A stretch of 56,609 bases of DNA from Deferribacterales bacterium UBA4806. Lineage in GTDB: Bacteria > Chrysiogenota > Deferribacteres > Deferribacterales > UBA228. The stretch spans positions 1 to 56,609 of the forward strand of contig DHGE01000021.1 in NCBI GenBank assembly GCA_002402635.1, read 5' to 3'. Within the stretch, counting starts at the first letter, position 1; every line of letters begins with the position of its first letter. Of this stretch, positions 29,472 through 39,115 are shown in pieces. Position numbers and translations under genes: made by a program. The notes beneath the pieces were generated by a model, which was not told the origin of the DNA, made no database searches, and saw nothing but the letters and a program-made list of their open reading frames with translations.

Positions 29472-30216
29472 AAATATCCTCCCATCTATTCTTAAAATTA
29501 GGTCTGCGTTTTTCTAAAAAGGCCCTAATCCCTTCTATTCTATCATCATTACTGAATGACAGACAGAAAGCATTCTGTTCAATTAGTAAAGCATCCTCTA
29601 AACTTGCAAATAATGTATGGTTAATTGATTCTTTTGCTAATCCCAAAGCAAATTTACTTTTATTAGAAAAATTTTTGGCTAATGCATCAATATCCTTTTG
29701 GCAACTCCTCATATTCTCAAATAATTTATTTATAATTCCTTTATTATAGAGGTCCTCTGCATTAATCATGGCACCTGTCAATACTATATATTTTACAAAT
29801 TGCTCAAAGATTCCTCTGCAAAGCAATTTTAATGACCCAAAGGCAGGGATTAGACCATAATTTATACATGGAAATCCAAATTCACTTTTTTTTGTTGAAA
29901 AAAATAAATCACATGCAAGAAGTATTTCAAAAAAACCATCAAATATATAACCATCAGCTACACCTAGTACAATTTTTTTCGCATTATAAATAGTTAAAAA
30001 CAAACTCTGACCTATTAAAATATATTTTTTAGCTTCTTTTTCATTCAATTCATTCATAAGCTTAATATGCTCTGAAATATGATTCTCCACCTTACATACT
30101 TTTATTACAGCCAAATCCTTAGCTTTATCTTTTAGAAAAATTTTTATCTCATTATATAATTTTTCTAAGTTGGCTATATCTAAACTATTTAGTTCAAAAT
30201 AACTGATGGTTTCCAT
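29458..30216 (-). CDS. Crotonase-fold protein with a degenerate active site
   Basis: EILLACD, GLIPAFG, LTG..INAE, DRIEGIRAFLEKRRPNF; oxyanion-hole motifs lost. Confidence 0.82.
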   Translation of the reverse strand: METISYFELNSLDIANLEKLYNEIKIFLKDKAKDLAVIKVCKVENHISEHIKLMNELNEKEAKKYILIGQSLFLTIYNAKKIVLGVADGYIFDGFFEILLACDLFFSTKKSEFGFPCINYGLIPAFGSLKLLCRGIFEQFVKYIVLTGAMINAEDLYNKGIINKLFENMRSCQKDIDALAKNFSNKSKFALGLAKESINHTLFASLEDALLIEQNAFCLSFSNDDRIEGIRAFLEKRRPNFKNRWEDIYNTL

Positions 30217-30276
30217 ATAATATTCTCAGTAATACTCTTTTCTTTAAAAGAACTTATGTTTTATATATAATTTAAA

Positions 30277-31728
30277 CTAGCATAGCAATAATAAAAATCT
30301 TTTGTTATATAAATATAAGATAACGCTGAAAGCAAAGAGAAGAATACTGTTAATTAGACTTGTATTCACGTAAACAACAAACAATATTAAGCCATATATA
30401 AACAATAAGTCATCTCCATTAATTTTTATAAAGTTTTTGAAATGTATTTTATTGCTCGACCATATGCAGATCATAAATAATACTATGGAACTTGTAGTTA
30501 TTAAAATTATACTATAATTAATATAGTTGATAAAAAATAAATATATAGCAAATATAATAATGACATTTAATAGATATATAAGCCTATCGTATGAAAAAAT
30601 AGCGACATATGGTATAAAAAGAAAAACGAAGAATATAATAATCACCCATTGGGGAATAAGTATAAAAGATAAACAGGCAAGATCAACAACAAAAAAAACA
30701 GTTAATTCAATTGGCGAAGGCCTAATTATTTTAAAAATAGCCTTTTTCTTTACCGAATTTTTATTATACTTCAATATCAAAGATAAATAAAGAATCGAGA
30801 ATACATAAATAAAAATAAATTTTGATATTGTTATCATATTACTAAAACAAATCAGAAAAACAGTAATTATAGTTTGTAGTAAAAGTAAAACAATAACAAC
30901 AAAATTGGCATTACACTTCACAAAGTACAATTTGTGATGTATATGCTCTAGATCACCTCTGAAAGGAGAAGATCCCTTCTTTAATCTTCTGAAAATCGCA
31001 AATATTGAATCTAGTATAGGGATAGTGCAGAGTGCCAATATTATCAGAACAGTATTAATTTCAGGGTTTTTCAGAAAATATAAAGTAGTTAATAATGAAA
31101 TATTAAATCCTATAAAAAGACTTCCAGTGTCTCCTAAAAAAATAGTTGCAGCTGGAAAGTTAAAAATTAAAAAACCCCAAATACCAGCGAGTAAAACCAA
31201 ACAATATTTTGCTATATATATTTCTTCAGTTAAATAAAAGAGATATGATAAATAAGCTAAAATTGTAATTGCTATACCACAGGCTAAACTGTCTACACCA
31301 TCAATAAGATTTATAGAGTTAGTGCAAAATAAAAACCAAAATATAATGATGCAAGTAAAAAGTATTAACATTAAATTGCTATCTTTAAAAATTCCTTCAC
31401 TATATATAAAAAATAGAGCGATAATAATTGCACATAATTGTAACAATATCTTCATATAAGCATTTAGAGATTTATAATCATCAATTATTCCAGTTACAAC
31501 TATTATAAAATAGGAAATATATAAGAAAATGTTATGCTCTTGAATACCTAAATAATGCATAAATGGAATGGCACTTATAAATATTGTTATTCCTCCAAAT
31601 TTGGCAACTGAGGATGTATGGATCTTTCCATCCTCAGGTTTTTCTAATAGATCAAATTTTTTATTTATCTTTATAACAACAGGTGTTAAAAACAGTGATA
31701 TAAAAAATGCTAATAAATAGGATATCAT
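30277..31728 (-). CDS. WecA/TagO-type undecaprenyl-phosphate sugar-1-phosphate transferase (MraY family) with an extra C-terminal TM region
   Basis: GIIDDY, NSINLIDGVDSLA, NFPAATIFLGDTGS, DLEHIHHKL. Confidence 0.87.
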   Translation of the reverse strand: MISYLLAFFISLFLTPVVIKINKKFDLLEKPEDGKIHTSSVAKFGGITIFISAIPFMHYLGIQEHNIFLYISYFIIVVTGIIDDYKSLNAYMKILLQLCAIIIALFFIYSEGIFKDSNLMLILFTCIIIFWFLFCTNSINLIDGVDSLACGIAITILAYLSYLFYLTEEIYIAKYCLVLLAGIWGFLIFNFPAATIFLGDTGSLFIGFNISLLTTLYFLKNPEINTVLIILALCTIPILDSIFAIFRRLKKGSSPFRGDLEHIHHKLYFVKCNANFVVIVLLLLQTIITVFLICFSNMITISKFIFIYVFSILYLSLILKYNKNSVKKKAIFKIIRPSPIELTVFFVVDLACLSFILIPQWVIIIFFVFLFIPYVAIFSYDRLIYLLNVIIIFAIYLFFINYINYSIILITTSSIVLFMICIWSSNKIHFKNFIKINGDDLLFIYGLILFVVYVNTSLINSILLFAFSVILYLYNKRFLLLLC

Positions 31729-31810
31729 ATTCGTATTATATTTACAAATTTACAAAATTTTAACAATTTAAATCTACACATTATATATATATATATTAAT
31801 ATAAGAAAAT

Positions 31811-33574
31811 ATGAAAATGAATATAATCTTAGATTCACTTTACTTTCATTATCAACCCATAGTCAATACCCAATCTGGGAATACTATTGCCATTGAAGCC
31901 TTTTTAAGAGGATATGAAACACTAGACTACAAAACAGCGCAAGAATTTTTCAATGATCTAATAAAAGAAAAGGAGTATTACGAAGTAGAAAAATTATTAA
32001 TTACAAAGATTCTAAAAGGTTTTAAAAAATTAGAATATTTTAAAAAAATAATTCTCTTTATAAATATTAACAATATAATAGTAGAATCTAGGGATTTTGA
32101 TTTTGAAGATTTCAAAAATATATTTATGACAGAAGGAATACCCTTCGATAACATTGTTTTTGATTTAGATGGGAATAAAAGAAAATCCCTAAAAAGGATA
32201 TTAAAATTATTTCTGCAAGAAAGTATATCATCTGGTTTTAAAATATCTATAGACAATTTTGGACCTGATAGTATTGTTTTACCTTTATTAAATGAAAATT
32301 CCCCTCAATTTATCAAAATTGATAAAATATTTATTGAATCACTGAAATACAATATAAAATACAGAACATTTATAGAACATATCATAAAGCTATCTCATCT
32401 ATTTGGTTCAACTATTATCGCTGAGTGTGTTGAACATGAAGATGAATTTTTAATGGTAAAACAATTAGGGATAGATATGCTCCAGGGATATTTTGTTTCG
32501 AAACCCCTACCTAACATCAATGATATTAAAACGTGCTATGAGCATATTAATAAAATATCAAAAATAGATAGAAGAGAACAGTCAATAGATGAAAATCTAA
32601 TAAGAAAGGAATTAAGAGAACTTAAATCCCTTATAATAGATGCACCCATGGAAGTTGTTTTTGAACAATTTAAAGAAAATCCAACAGAATCTTTGTTTCC
32701 TGTGGTTGATAATACAAATTATCCATTAGGAGTAATATGTGAAAATACTTTGAAAAAATATATTTATGCACCCTATGGAAAGGAATTACTTACTAATAGA
32801 TCTATAAATACAACTCTAAGAAAATTTATTACAACAGAAATTCCTATTATTGATATAAAAACTTCTATAGAAGATATAATTGAAACATACAGTCAGCATA
32901 AAGATGCATTGGGAATTATTATTACAAATGATCATAAATATATTGGTTTTTTATACCCTAGCGATATAATAAGAATAATTAATAAAAAGGAAATTGACCT
33001 AGCTAAAGAATTAAACCCCCTAACGAAGTTGCCAGGGAATATTGCTATTAATAATTATATTTCTAATTCATTAAATAAGACAGATAGACATAAATATTAT
33101 ATATATCTTGATTTTGATAATTTCAAGCCCTTTAATGATAACTTTGGCTTTAGATTGGGAGATAGAGCTATTCTGCTCTTTAAGGAAATACTGTTCAAAA
33201 CAGTAACAACGAATAAATTTTTTATTGCCCATATAGGTGGTGATGATTTCTTTATCGCAACTGAAAGCAGCGAGGAAAATTTTGAATATGTATATAATAT
33301 AACCAAAATGATTATAGAGAAATTTACAAGTAATATTTTATCTTTTTTTGATGACGAATCAAGAAATAAAGGTTACTATACAGGCGTCAGCAGAAAAGGA
33401 GAAAAAGAAAATTTTCCATTGTTAACAGTTAGTGCTGCCATTATTGAAATTCCACAAGAAACATTTAATATAAACGAAGACATAATTTCAAAGATTCTTG
33501 CAAATTTAAAAAAAATAGCAAAAACTTCATCAGAAAAGATTGCATGCTCATCTATTAATAGAACTTGGTTATAA
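31811..33574 (+). CDS. EAL-CBS-GGDEF c-di-GMP signalling protein
   Basis: YQPIV..IEAF, IKID, QGY; CBS-like middle region; NPLTKLPGN, DFDNFKPFNDNFG, HIGGDDF. Confidence 0.92.
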   Translation: MKMNIILDSLYFHYQPIVNTQSGNTIAIEAFLRGYETLDYKTAQEFFNDLIKEKEYYEVEKLLITKILKGFKKLEYFKKIILFININNIIVESRDFDFEDFKNIFMTEGIPFDNIVFDLDGNKRKSLKRILKLFLQESISSGFKISIDNFGPDSIVLPLLNENSPQFIKIDKIFIESLKYNIKYRTFIEHIIKLSHLFGSTIIAECVEHEDEFLMVKQLGIDMLQGYFVSKPLPNINDIKTCYEHINKISKIDRREQSIDENLIRKELRELKSLIIDAPMEVVFEQFKENPTESLFPVVDNTNYPLGVICENTLKKYIYAPYGKELLTNRSINTTLRKFITTEIPIIDIKTSIEDIIETYSQHKDALGIIITNDHKYIGFLYPSDIIRIINKKEIDLAKELNPLTKLPGNIAINNYISNSLNKTDRHKYYIYLDFDNFKPFNDNFGFRLGDRAILLFKEILFKTVTTNKFFIAHIGGDDFFIATESSEENFEYVYNITKMIIEKFTSNILSFFDDESRNKGYYTGVSRKGEKENFPLLTVSAAIIEIPQETFNINEDIISKILANLKKIAKTSSEKIACSSINRTWL

Positions 33575-33666
33575 TTTATAACTTTAAGATTGCCTATTTT
33601 ACTTTAACTATGTCAATAAATAGATATCTAAATTAAAAATATACTCAACTAATCATATAAACTACT

Positions 33667-35091
33667 TTAAAGTATCTTTTCCAACTCTTTCTCAAAGAGT
33701 TCTTTATATTCTTCTAAGGATTCTTTATCAATGGCTTCAAATCTCATAACGAGCTCCGGCTGTGTATTGCTAGCACGCAGTAGTCCCCAACCATTTTTGA
33801 AGACAACTCTAATTCCATCTATGTCTATAATCTCTTTTATCTCTTTCTCATTCTTATTTTTATATTGGAGAAAGGCTTCTTTTAGACTGTCGGCGACCTT
33901 AAATTTCTTATTTTCAGGACATTCAATTCTGATTTCTGGAGTATTAAAAACATTAGGGAGATTTGAAAAGAGTTCTGAGCACTTTGTAATTTCCTTATTT
34001 TTTAGTGAATTAATATACACTTCGAGGAATCTTAGGGATGCATAAATAGCGTCATCATATCCAAAATATCTATCTGCAAAGAAAATATGGCCACTCATCT
34101 CACCAGCTAACTCTCCACCAATTTCTTTTAATTTGTTTTTAATAAAGGAATGTCCTGTTTTCCACATAATGCCTTCTACACCCATTTTTTCTAATTCATC
34201 ATAGAGAACCTGAGAAGCCTTTACATCTGCAATAACCTTAGGTCTTTCTATATGTTTTTTCAATTCTTTTGCGTATACAAGCAATAAAACATCTCCCCAT
34301 AGGATACTCCCTTTTTCATCAACAACACCTATTCTGTCAGCATCACCATCATAGGCTATCCCAAAATCTGCATTATTGTTTTTCACTGAGTCAATTAAAT
34401 CTTTTAAATTTTCCTGAACAGTTGGATCTGGATGATGATTAGGAAAATGTCCATCTTCTACACAAAATAGATCGATTGTTTTAACTCCAAGCTTATTGAA
34501 AATTACTGGAGCAATATTCGATGCTGTTCCATTTCCTGCATCAACAACAATCTTCACTTCTTTGTCAAGAGACGAAACAGCTTTTTTTATATCTTTAAAA
34601 TGATTTATTAACCACTCTATATATTTTGGTACAATTTCGTATTTAGACAACACCCCACTCTTTTCTGCTTTTCTATATCCTTTTTTAATTATCTCATTAT
34701 AGACCTCTATTATTTCATCACCGAATAAAGTTGTCTTCCCCATTCCAAGCTTTAGTCCATTATATTCAGGTGGGTTATGACTTCCAGTTATCATAATAAA
34801 TCCTTCTACATTTAATACGAAAGCACTAAAATATGTTACTGGTGTTGGACACACACCCAAATCGACAACATTACAACCTGCATCAAGAAGTCCTTCCTTT
34901 ATTCCTTCAAATATTTCATCTGAAGATAATCTAATATCACGTCCTACAGATAAGGTAGGATTCTCATTGTGACATTTAGCTTTCAGCATATAAGCGAATG
35001 TATTTGAAATATATTTAGCAACTTCTTTATTAAGATCTGTTGGAACAATCCCTCTGATGTCGTATTGTCTGAATATTTCTTTTTTTACCAT
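33667..35091 (-). CDS. Phosphomannomutase/phosphoglucomutase (AlgC type)
   Basis: FRQYDIRG, TGSHNP, DGDADR, GEMSGH, RASNTQP. Confidence 0.95.
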   Translation of the reverse strand: MVKKEIFRQYDIRGIVPTDLNKEVAKYISNTFAYMLKAKCHNENPTLSVGRDIRLSSDEIFEGIKEGLLDAGCNVVDLGVCPTPVTYFSAFVLNVEGFIMITGSHNPPEYNGLKLGMGKTTLFGDEIIEVYNEIIKKGYRKAEKSGVLSKYEIVPKYIEWLINHFKDIKKAVSSLDKEVKIVVDAGNGTASNIAPVIFNKLGVKTIDLFCVEDGHFPNHHPDPTVQENLKDLIDSVKNNNADFGIAYDGDADRIGVVDEKGSILWGDVLLLVYAKELKKHIERPKVIADVKASQVLYDELEKMGVEGIMWKTGHSFIKNKLKEIGGELAGEMSGHIFFADRYFGYDDAIYASLRFLEVYINSLKNKEITKCSELFSNLPNVFNTPEIRIECPENKKFKVADSLKEAFLQYKNKNEKEIKEIIDIDGIRVVFKNGWGLLRASNTQPELVMRFEAIDKESLEEYKELFEKELEKIL

Positions 35092-35118
35092 ATTTCACCT
35101 TCATATGTTTAATTTAAT

Positions 35119-35955
35119 ATGCTACTATATAATATGTCGATAATAACATACTATCTGAAAAATATCAATATTGCTAATAAAATACAAGAATATTCGAATA
35201 AAGAAGATTTACAATGTATAGCTGTAAATGATTTAAATATTGATGATTTATGCAGGGTTTTAATATTATTTACTGATATAAACGACAATGAAATCTTTTA
35301 TAAATTTAAGAATAAATATATATGTTGTATTGGATTCACTCCAACAAGCAATATATATTATGTAAGGCTTGAAGAAGATTTTAATTTATTTCATTTTAGA
35401 GCCATAGTAGATTCAAGTTTCAAAGGTGGCCTGTTAAATATTTATTTAAGTGATATTGTTCCTAAATCTTTATATGTTAAATATGAAATAACAAACAGAA
35501 TATTTGATACAGATGAAATAGTTTATTCAATAACAAAAAATTTTGTTTATTTTTTTAAGATAAGGGAATTACAAAAAATGAGAGTTGGCATCTGTGAAAT
35601 GATTACCAATGCGATAGAACATGGTAATCTTGATATAACAGGTGACGAAAAATTCCACTATACATCCCAAGGTAATTATACAGAACTACTAAAAACTAAA
35701 CTAGAGCAAAAAGATTTCCAAGATAAAAAAGTAATAGTAGAAATAAAAATAAATAAAAATAAATTAAAAATTAATATTGAAGATGAAGGCAAGGGTTTCG
35801 ATACATCAATTATCAAGGAATACTGTAATCTCACGGACACTTCAAAGCTCCATGGTAGAGGCATTATGATAACTACTCTTTATTTTGAAAGTATTCGTTA
35901 TAACAAAAAGGGAAATAAAGTAACATTAATAAAAAGTATTGCTTCTCCTACTTAA
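35119..35955 (+). CDS. RsbW/anti-sigma-like HATPase domain protein
   Basis: EMITNAIEHGN, IEDEGKGFD, HGRGI, NKKGN; N-terminal domain not recognised. Confidence 0.8.
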   Translation: MLLYNMSIITYYLKNINIANKIQEYSNKEDLQCIAVNDLNIDDLCRVLILFTDINDNEIFYKFKNKYICCIGFTPTSNIYYVRLEEDFNLFHFRAIVDSSFKGGLLNIYLSDIVPKSLYVKYEITNRIFDTDEIVYSITKNFVYFFKIRELQKMRVGICEMITNAIEHGNLDITGDEKFHYTSQGNYTELLKTKLEQKDFQDKKVIVEIKINKNKLKINIEDEGKGFDTSIIKEYCNLTDTSKLHGRGIMITTLYFESIRYNKKGNKVTLIKSIASPT

Positions 35956-38078
35956 ATATAATATGTATTTAAAAATTCAGATAAATGCATTGTTTCTATA
36001 TTAATATCTTTCTTCTTTAAAGCCCCAGAAAGTTGCATAATGCAACCTGGACAATCTGTTATAAGTATTTCAGCATCAGTTTTTGTTATATTTTTTATTT
36101 TTTTATCTACAATGCATGATGATAAATTGTTATATAGAAATGAAAAAGAACCTCCAAATCCACAGCAAACATCACTATCAATCAGAGGGATAAAGTTGTT
36201 TTGTAACATATTTGACAATAATTTATCTGACGATGTATTAAGTCCTCTCTTTAAGTGACATGGTGTATGGTATGTAATTTTATAATTATTATTTATATTA
36301 ATACTAATATTTTTTTCTTCTAAAAATGTATTTAATGACTTTGTATGATACTTAAGCCAAAAAACATATTTATATAGCTCAGGATCATTAAATACAAATT
36401 TTTCAATTTCCTTAACAAAGGCTAATGAACAACTAGGACATAATGTAATATAATATTCATAGGTTTGTGGAAAACCTAACGATTTAATTAATTTTCTTAC
36501 AATTTTATTTGCATTGTCAATATCTCCTGAATGTATTAAGGGCATTCCACAGCATACTGTTTCATTTGGGATCTCAAGAGGTATGCCTATTTTAGAAAAT
36601 AACTCTACCAGGGCTATGCCTATTGTAGGATATATATACTCTATTGCACAACCTGGATAGAAAAATACTTCCTTTTTGTAAGGTTTATTTAAACCTTTAC
36701 TTCTATATATTTCAGAAAAAGTTTTTTCTTTTAATTTTGGTAATATTCTAAAGTCTTTATTTATTATTGGTAAACTTTCATAAGGATTAACTTCCTTGTT
36801 TTTTAAAAAGACTTTGCTCGCAAAATTTGCAAACTTAAATAAACTTTTTTGTACCCTAGGTTTAGTCAAAACAAGTTTATTCCCAAATTTCATCAAATAA
36901 TCCTTATTATACTTTTTTGACAGATAAAGGTTTAGTATGGATATTAATTCCTGTAAATCTATATCTGCAGGACAATTTTCAGAACAGGCTCTACAACCAA
37001 TACATAATTCAAATAGCGATAGAGCACTTTTTTCTGAATGGTAAAGAGCAGTTAATATTAAACCAATTGGTCCAACATATACATTGCCAAATATATGCCC
37101 TCCAACTACTTCATAAACAGGACAAACATTAGCACAGCTACCACATCGGATACATTTAAAGGCATCCTTAAAGATGTGGTGCTTCATGAAAGATAAACGC
37201 CCATTATCTAAAAATATTATATGTTGTTCTTTAATGCCCTTATTGTTATTTAGTGATTCATTTAAACCTCTAATAAATGTTACATAGGAGCTAATATTTT
37301 GCCCTGTAGTGCTTTTTGGCAGTATTTGTATAATTTGCATGGCATTTTTAAAATCATAGACCAGTTTCTCATAGCCAACAATCACAATATGCACTGGTGG
37401 AATAGTGGTTGTTAATCTTGCATTTCCCTCATTTGAAACAATTGCTATGGTCCCAGTTTTCGCTATTGCTATATTTGCACCTGTAATACCCACTTTAGAT
37501 TTGAAATAATATGTTCTTAACAATTCTCTAGCTGTTTTAACCATCAATGCTGTATCATTTTCGTCAATACATTGTTTTGAAATTTTTGACAGTACTGCAG
37601 CTACTTGTTTTTTATTTTTATGTATAGCTGGAATAACCATATGAGATGGTTTTTCTTTACATAGTTGAATAATCCATTCACCTAAATCACTTTCTACTGG
37701 AGTAATCCCATTGTTTTCTAAAAAAGTATTAAGGTGTATTTCTTCAGCAGTCATTGATTTTGATTTAATAACGTACTCTGCATTATGTGCTTTACAAATA
37801 TTTGTAATATAAGCTACAGCATCTTTTCCATTACGAGCCTCATATATTATGCTTCCAGCTTTTTCAGCCTCTTCTTTAAAAATTGAAAAGAGTTCACCAT
37901 TTTTTTCAATCTGCTCTCTTTTCATTATCCCTAATTCTTTCTGTAATTTTTTGAAATCTAGTTTTTCAAAGGCTTTATTTTTTTTCTGTTTGTAGGTAGA
38001 GGCAAATTCAGTTAAATGTTTTTGTAAAAATTGATCTTTAATTTTCACATCAATTTTTGCTTTAATTCCCCTATTCAT
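35952..38078 (-). CDS. Lactate utilisation Fe-S protein, LutB-LutA fusion (LdhH-type L-lactate dehydrogenase large subunit)
   Basis: KSKSMTAEE, ESDLGEWI, PSHMVIPAIH, NEGN, CIRCGSCANVCP, CIGCRACSENCP, two CCG domains (CCGMP, CCGFGG, DCPGC). Confidence 0.9.
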   Translation of the reverse strand: MNRGIKAKIDVKIKDQFLQKHLTEFASTYKQKKNKAFEKLDFKKLQKELGIMKREQIEKNGELFSIFKEEAEKAGSIIYEARNGKDAVAYITNICKAHNAEYVIKSKSMTAEEIHLNTFLENNGITPVESDLGEWIIQLCKEKPSHMVIPAIHKNKKQVAAVLSKISKQCIDENDTALMVKTARELLRTYYFKSKVGITGANIAIAKTGTIAIVSNEGNARLTTTIPPVHIVIVGYEKLVYDFKNAMQIIQILPKSTTGQNISSYVTFIRGLNESLNNNKGIKEQHIIFLDNGRLSFMKHHIFKDAFKCIRCGSCANVCPVYEVVGGHIFGNVYVGPIGLILTALYHSEKSALSLFELCIGCRACSENCPADIDLQELISILNLYLSKKYNKDYLMKFGNKLVLTKPRVQKSLFKFANFASKVFLKNKEVNPYESLPIINKDFRILPKLKEKTFSEIYRSKGLNKPYKKEVFFYPGCAIEYIYPTIGIALVELFSKIGIPLEIPNETVCCGMPLIHSGDIDNANKIVRKLIKSLGFPQTYEYYITLCPSCSLAFVKEIEKFVFNDPELYKYVFWLKYHTKSLNTFLEEKNISININNNYKITYHTPCHLKRGLNTSSDKLLSNMLQNNFIPLIDSDVCCGFGGSFSFLYNNLSSCIVDKKIKNITKTDAEILITDCPGCIMQLSGALKKKDINIETMHLSEFLNTYYI

Positions 38079-38089
38079 GATATATCACC

Positions 38090-38560
38090 TTAATCTAAAA
38101 TTAAAATTTCCTGGCTTAATGGACCATGTACGCCTATAATCAATTGATTTTCAATATCTGCAGTTCTTGACGGCCCTGTTATAAAAGAAATGTAATTGCT
38201 TTTATTTTTTGTTTCAGCATCCAAAATCTTCGAGGCATCTTCAAGAGAAGTTAATATATTCCCTTTACTTAACACAAATGACAAATGTTGAACTAGCATA
38301 CTGGCTTTGCGTAAATTTTCTGCATATGAAATAAATATAATTGTTCCCGTCTCCGCTATCCCATAGTTAGCTTCCAACATAGCTTTGTTAATACCTTGTT
38401 CATTTATATCAACTTTTTTAAAGATTTTTAAGGAAGGTAAATAAATATAATCAAATGTTTCTATTATTTCATTTTTCATATTAATAAATTCTATTCTATC
38501 TACTATTCTAGTGGAATTATTAGCCATCAAAGAATTTTCAATAAATCTATCAATCAACAT
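38090..38560 (-). CDS. lutC: LutC/YkgG (LUD domain) lactate utilisation protein
   Basis: GIAETGT, FITGPSRTADIE...GVHGP. Confidence 0.9.
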   Translation of the reverse strand: MLIDRFIENSLMANNSTRIVDRIEFINMKNEIIETFDYIYLPSLKIFKKVDINEQGINKAMLEANYGIAETGTIIFISYAENLRKASMLVQHLSFVLSKGNILTSLEDASKILDAETKNKSNYISFITGPSRTADIENQLIIGVHGPLSQEILILD

Positions 38561-38611
38561 AATATTATTGTAATTTATTATAAATAGATTACAACAATTT
38601 ATTATTGTTCT

Positions 38612-39115
38612 CTATATATATTTTTTTCTTCTAAAAAGATCTGTTCTTTTTGAGATCACTCTGTCTAAGAATAACACACCGTTTAGATGATCAATTTCAT
38701 GTTGCAACAAAACTGCTTCAAAATCAGAAGCCTTTACAAACTGTCTTTTAAAAGCTGTATCATAATAACACACAGAGACCTCTTTTGCTCTATTTATGTT
38801 AGCTGTGAAATCAGGTATACTGAGGCAGCCTTCTCTAAATTGGAGAAGTCCATCATAAGAATAAATTTCTGGATTTATAAGAACTAATTTCCCGTGATTA
38901 TCTCTACAATTTCTTTTTTTTGATGCATCGATTATAATGATACGCAAAGTGATGCCAATTTGAGGAGCAGCTATCCCTACAGTGTGTGGATACGCATCTA
39001 GTGTGTCTGATAAATCTTTAATTGTTTGAAGTATATACTTATCTATCTGATAAACACTATCTGAAGTAACTTTTAAACGGGGATCAGGATACTTAACAAT
39101 ATCTTTAACAGCCAT
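38612..39115 (-). CDS. def: Peptide deformylase
   Basis: GIAAPQIG, EGCLS, QHEIDHLNG. Confidence 0.96.
   Translation of the reverse strand: MAVKDIVKYPDPRLKVTSDSVYQIDKYILQTIKDLSDTLDAYPHTVGIAAPQIGITLRIIIIDASKKRNCRDNHGKLVLINPEIYSYDGLLQFREGCLSIPDFTANINRAKEVSVCYYDTAFKRQFVKASDFEAVLLQHEIDHLNGVLFLDRVISKRTDLFRRKKYI

Noticed and set aside
35952-38078. LutB-LutA fusion as a novelty
   Set aside because: Known architecture of the two-subunit L-lactate dehydrogenase in anaerobes such as Desulfovibrio.
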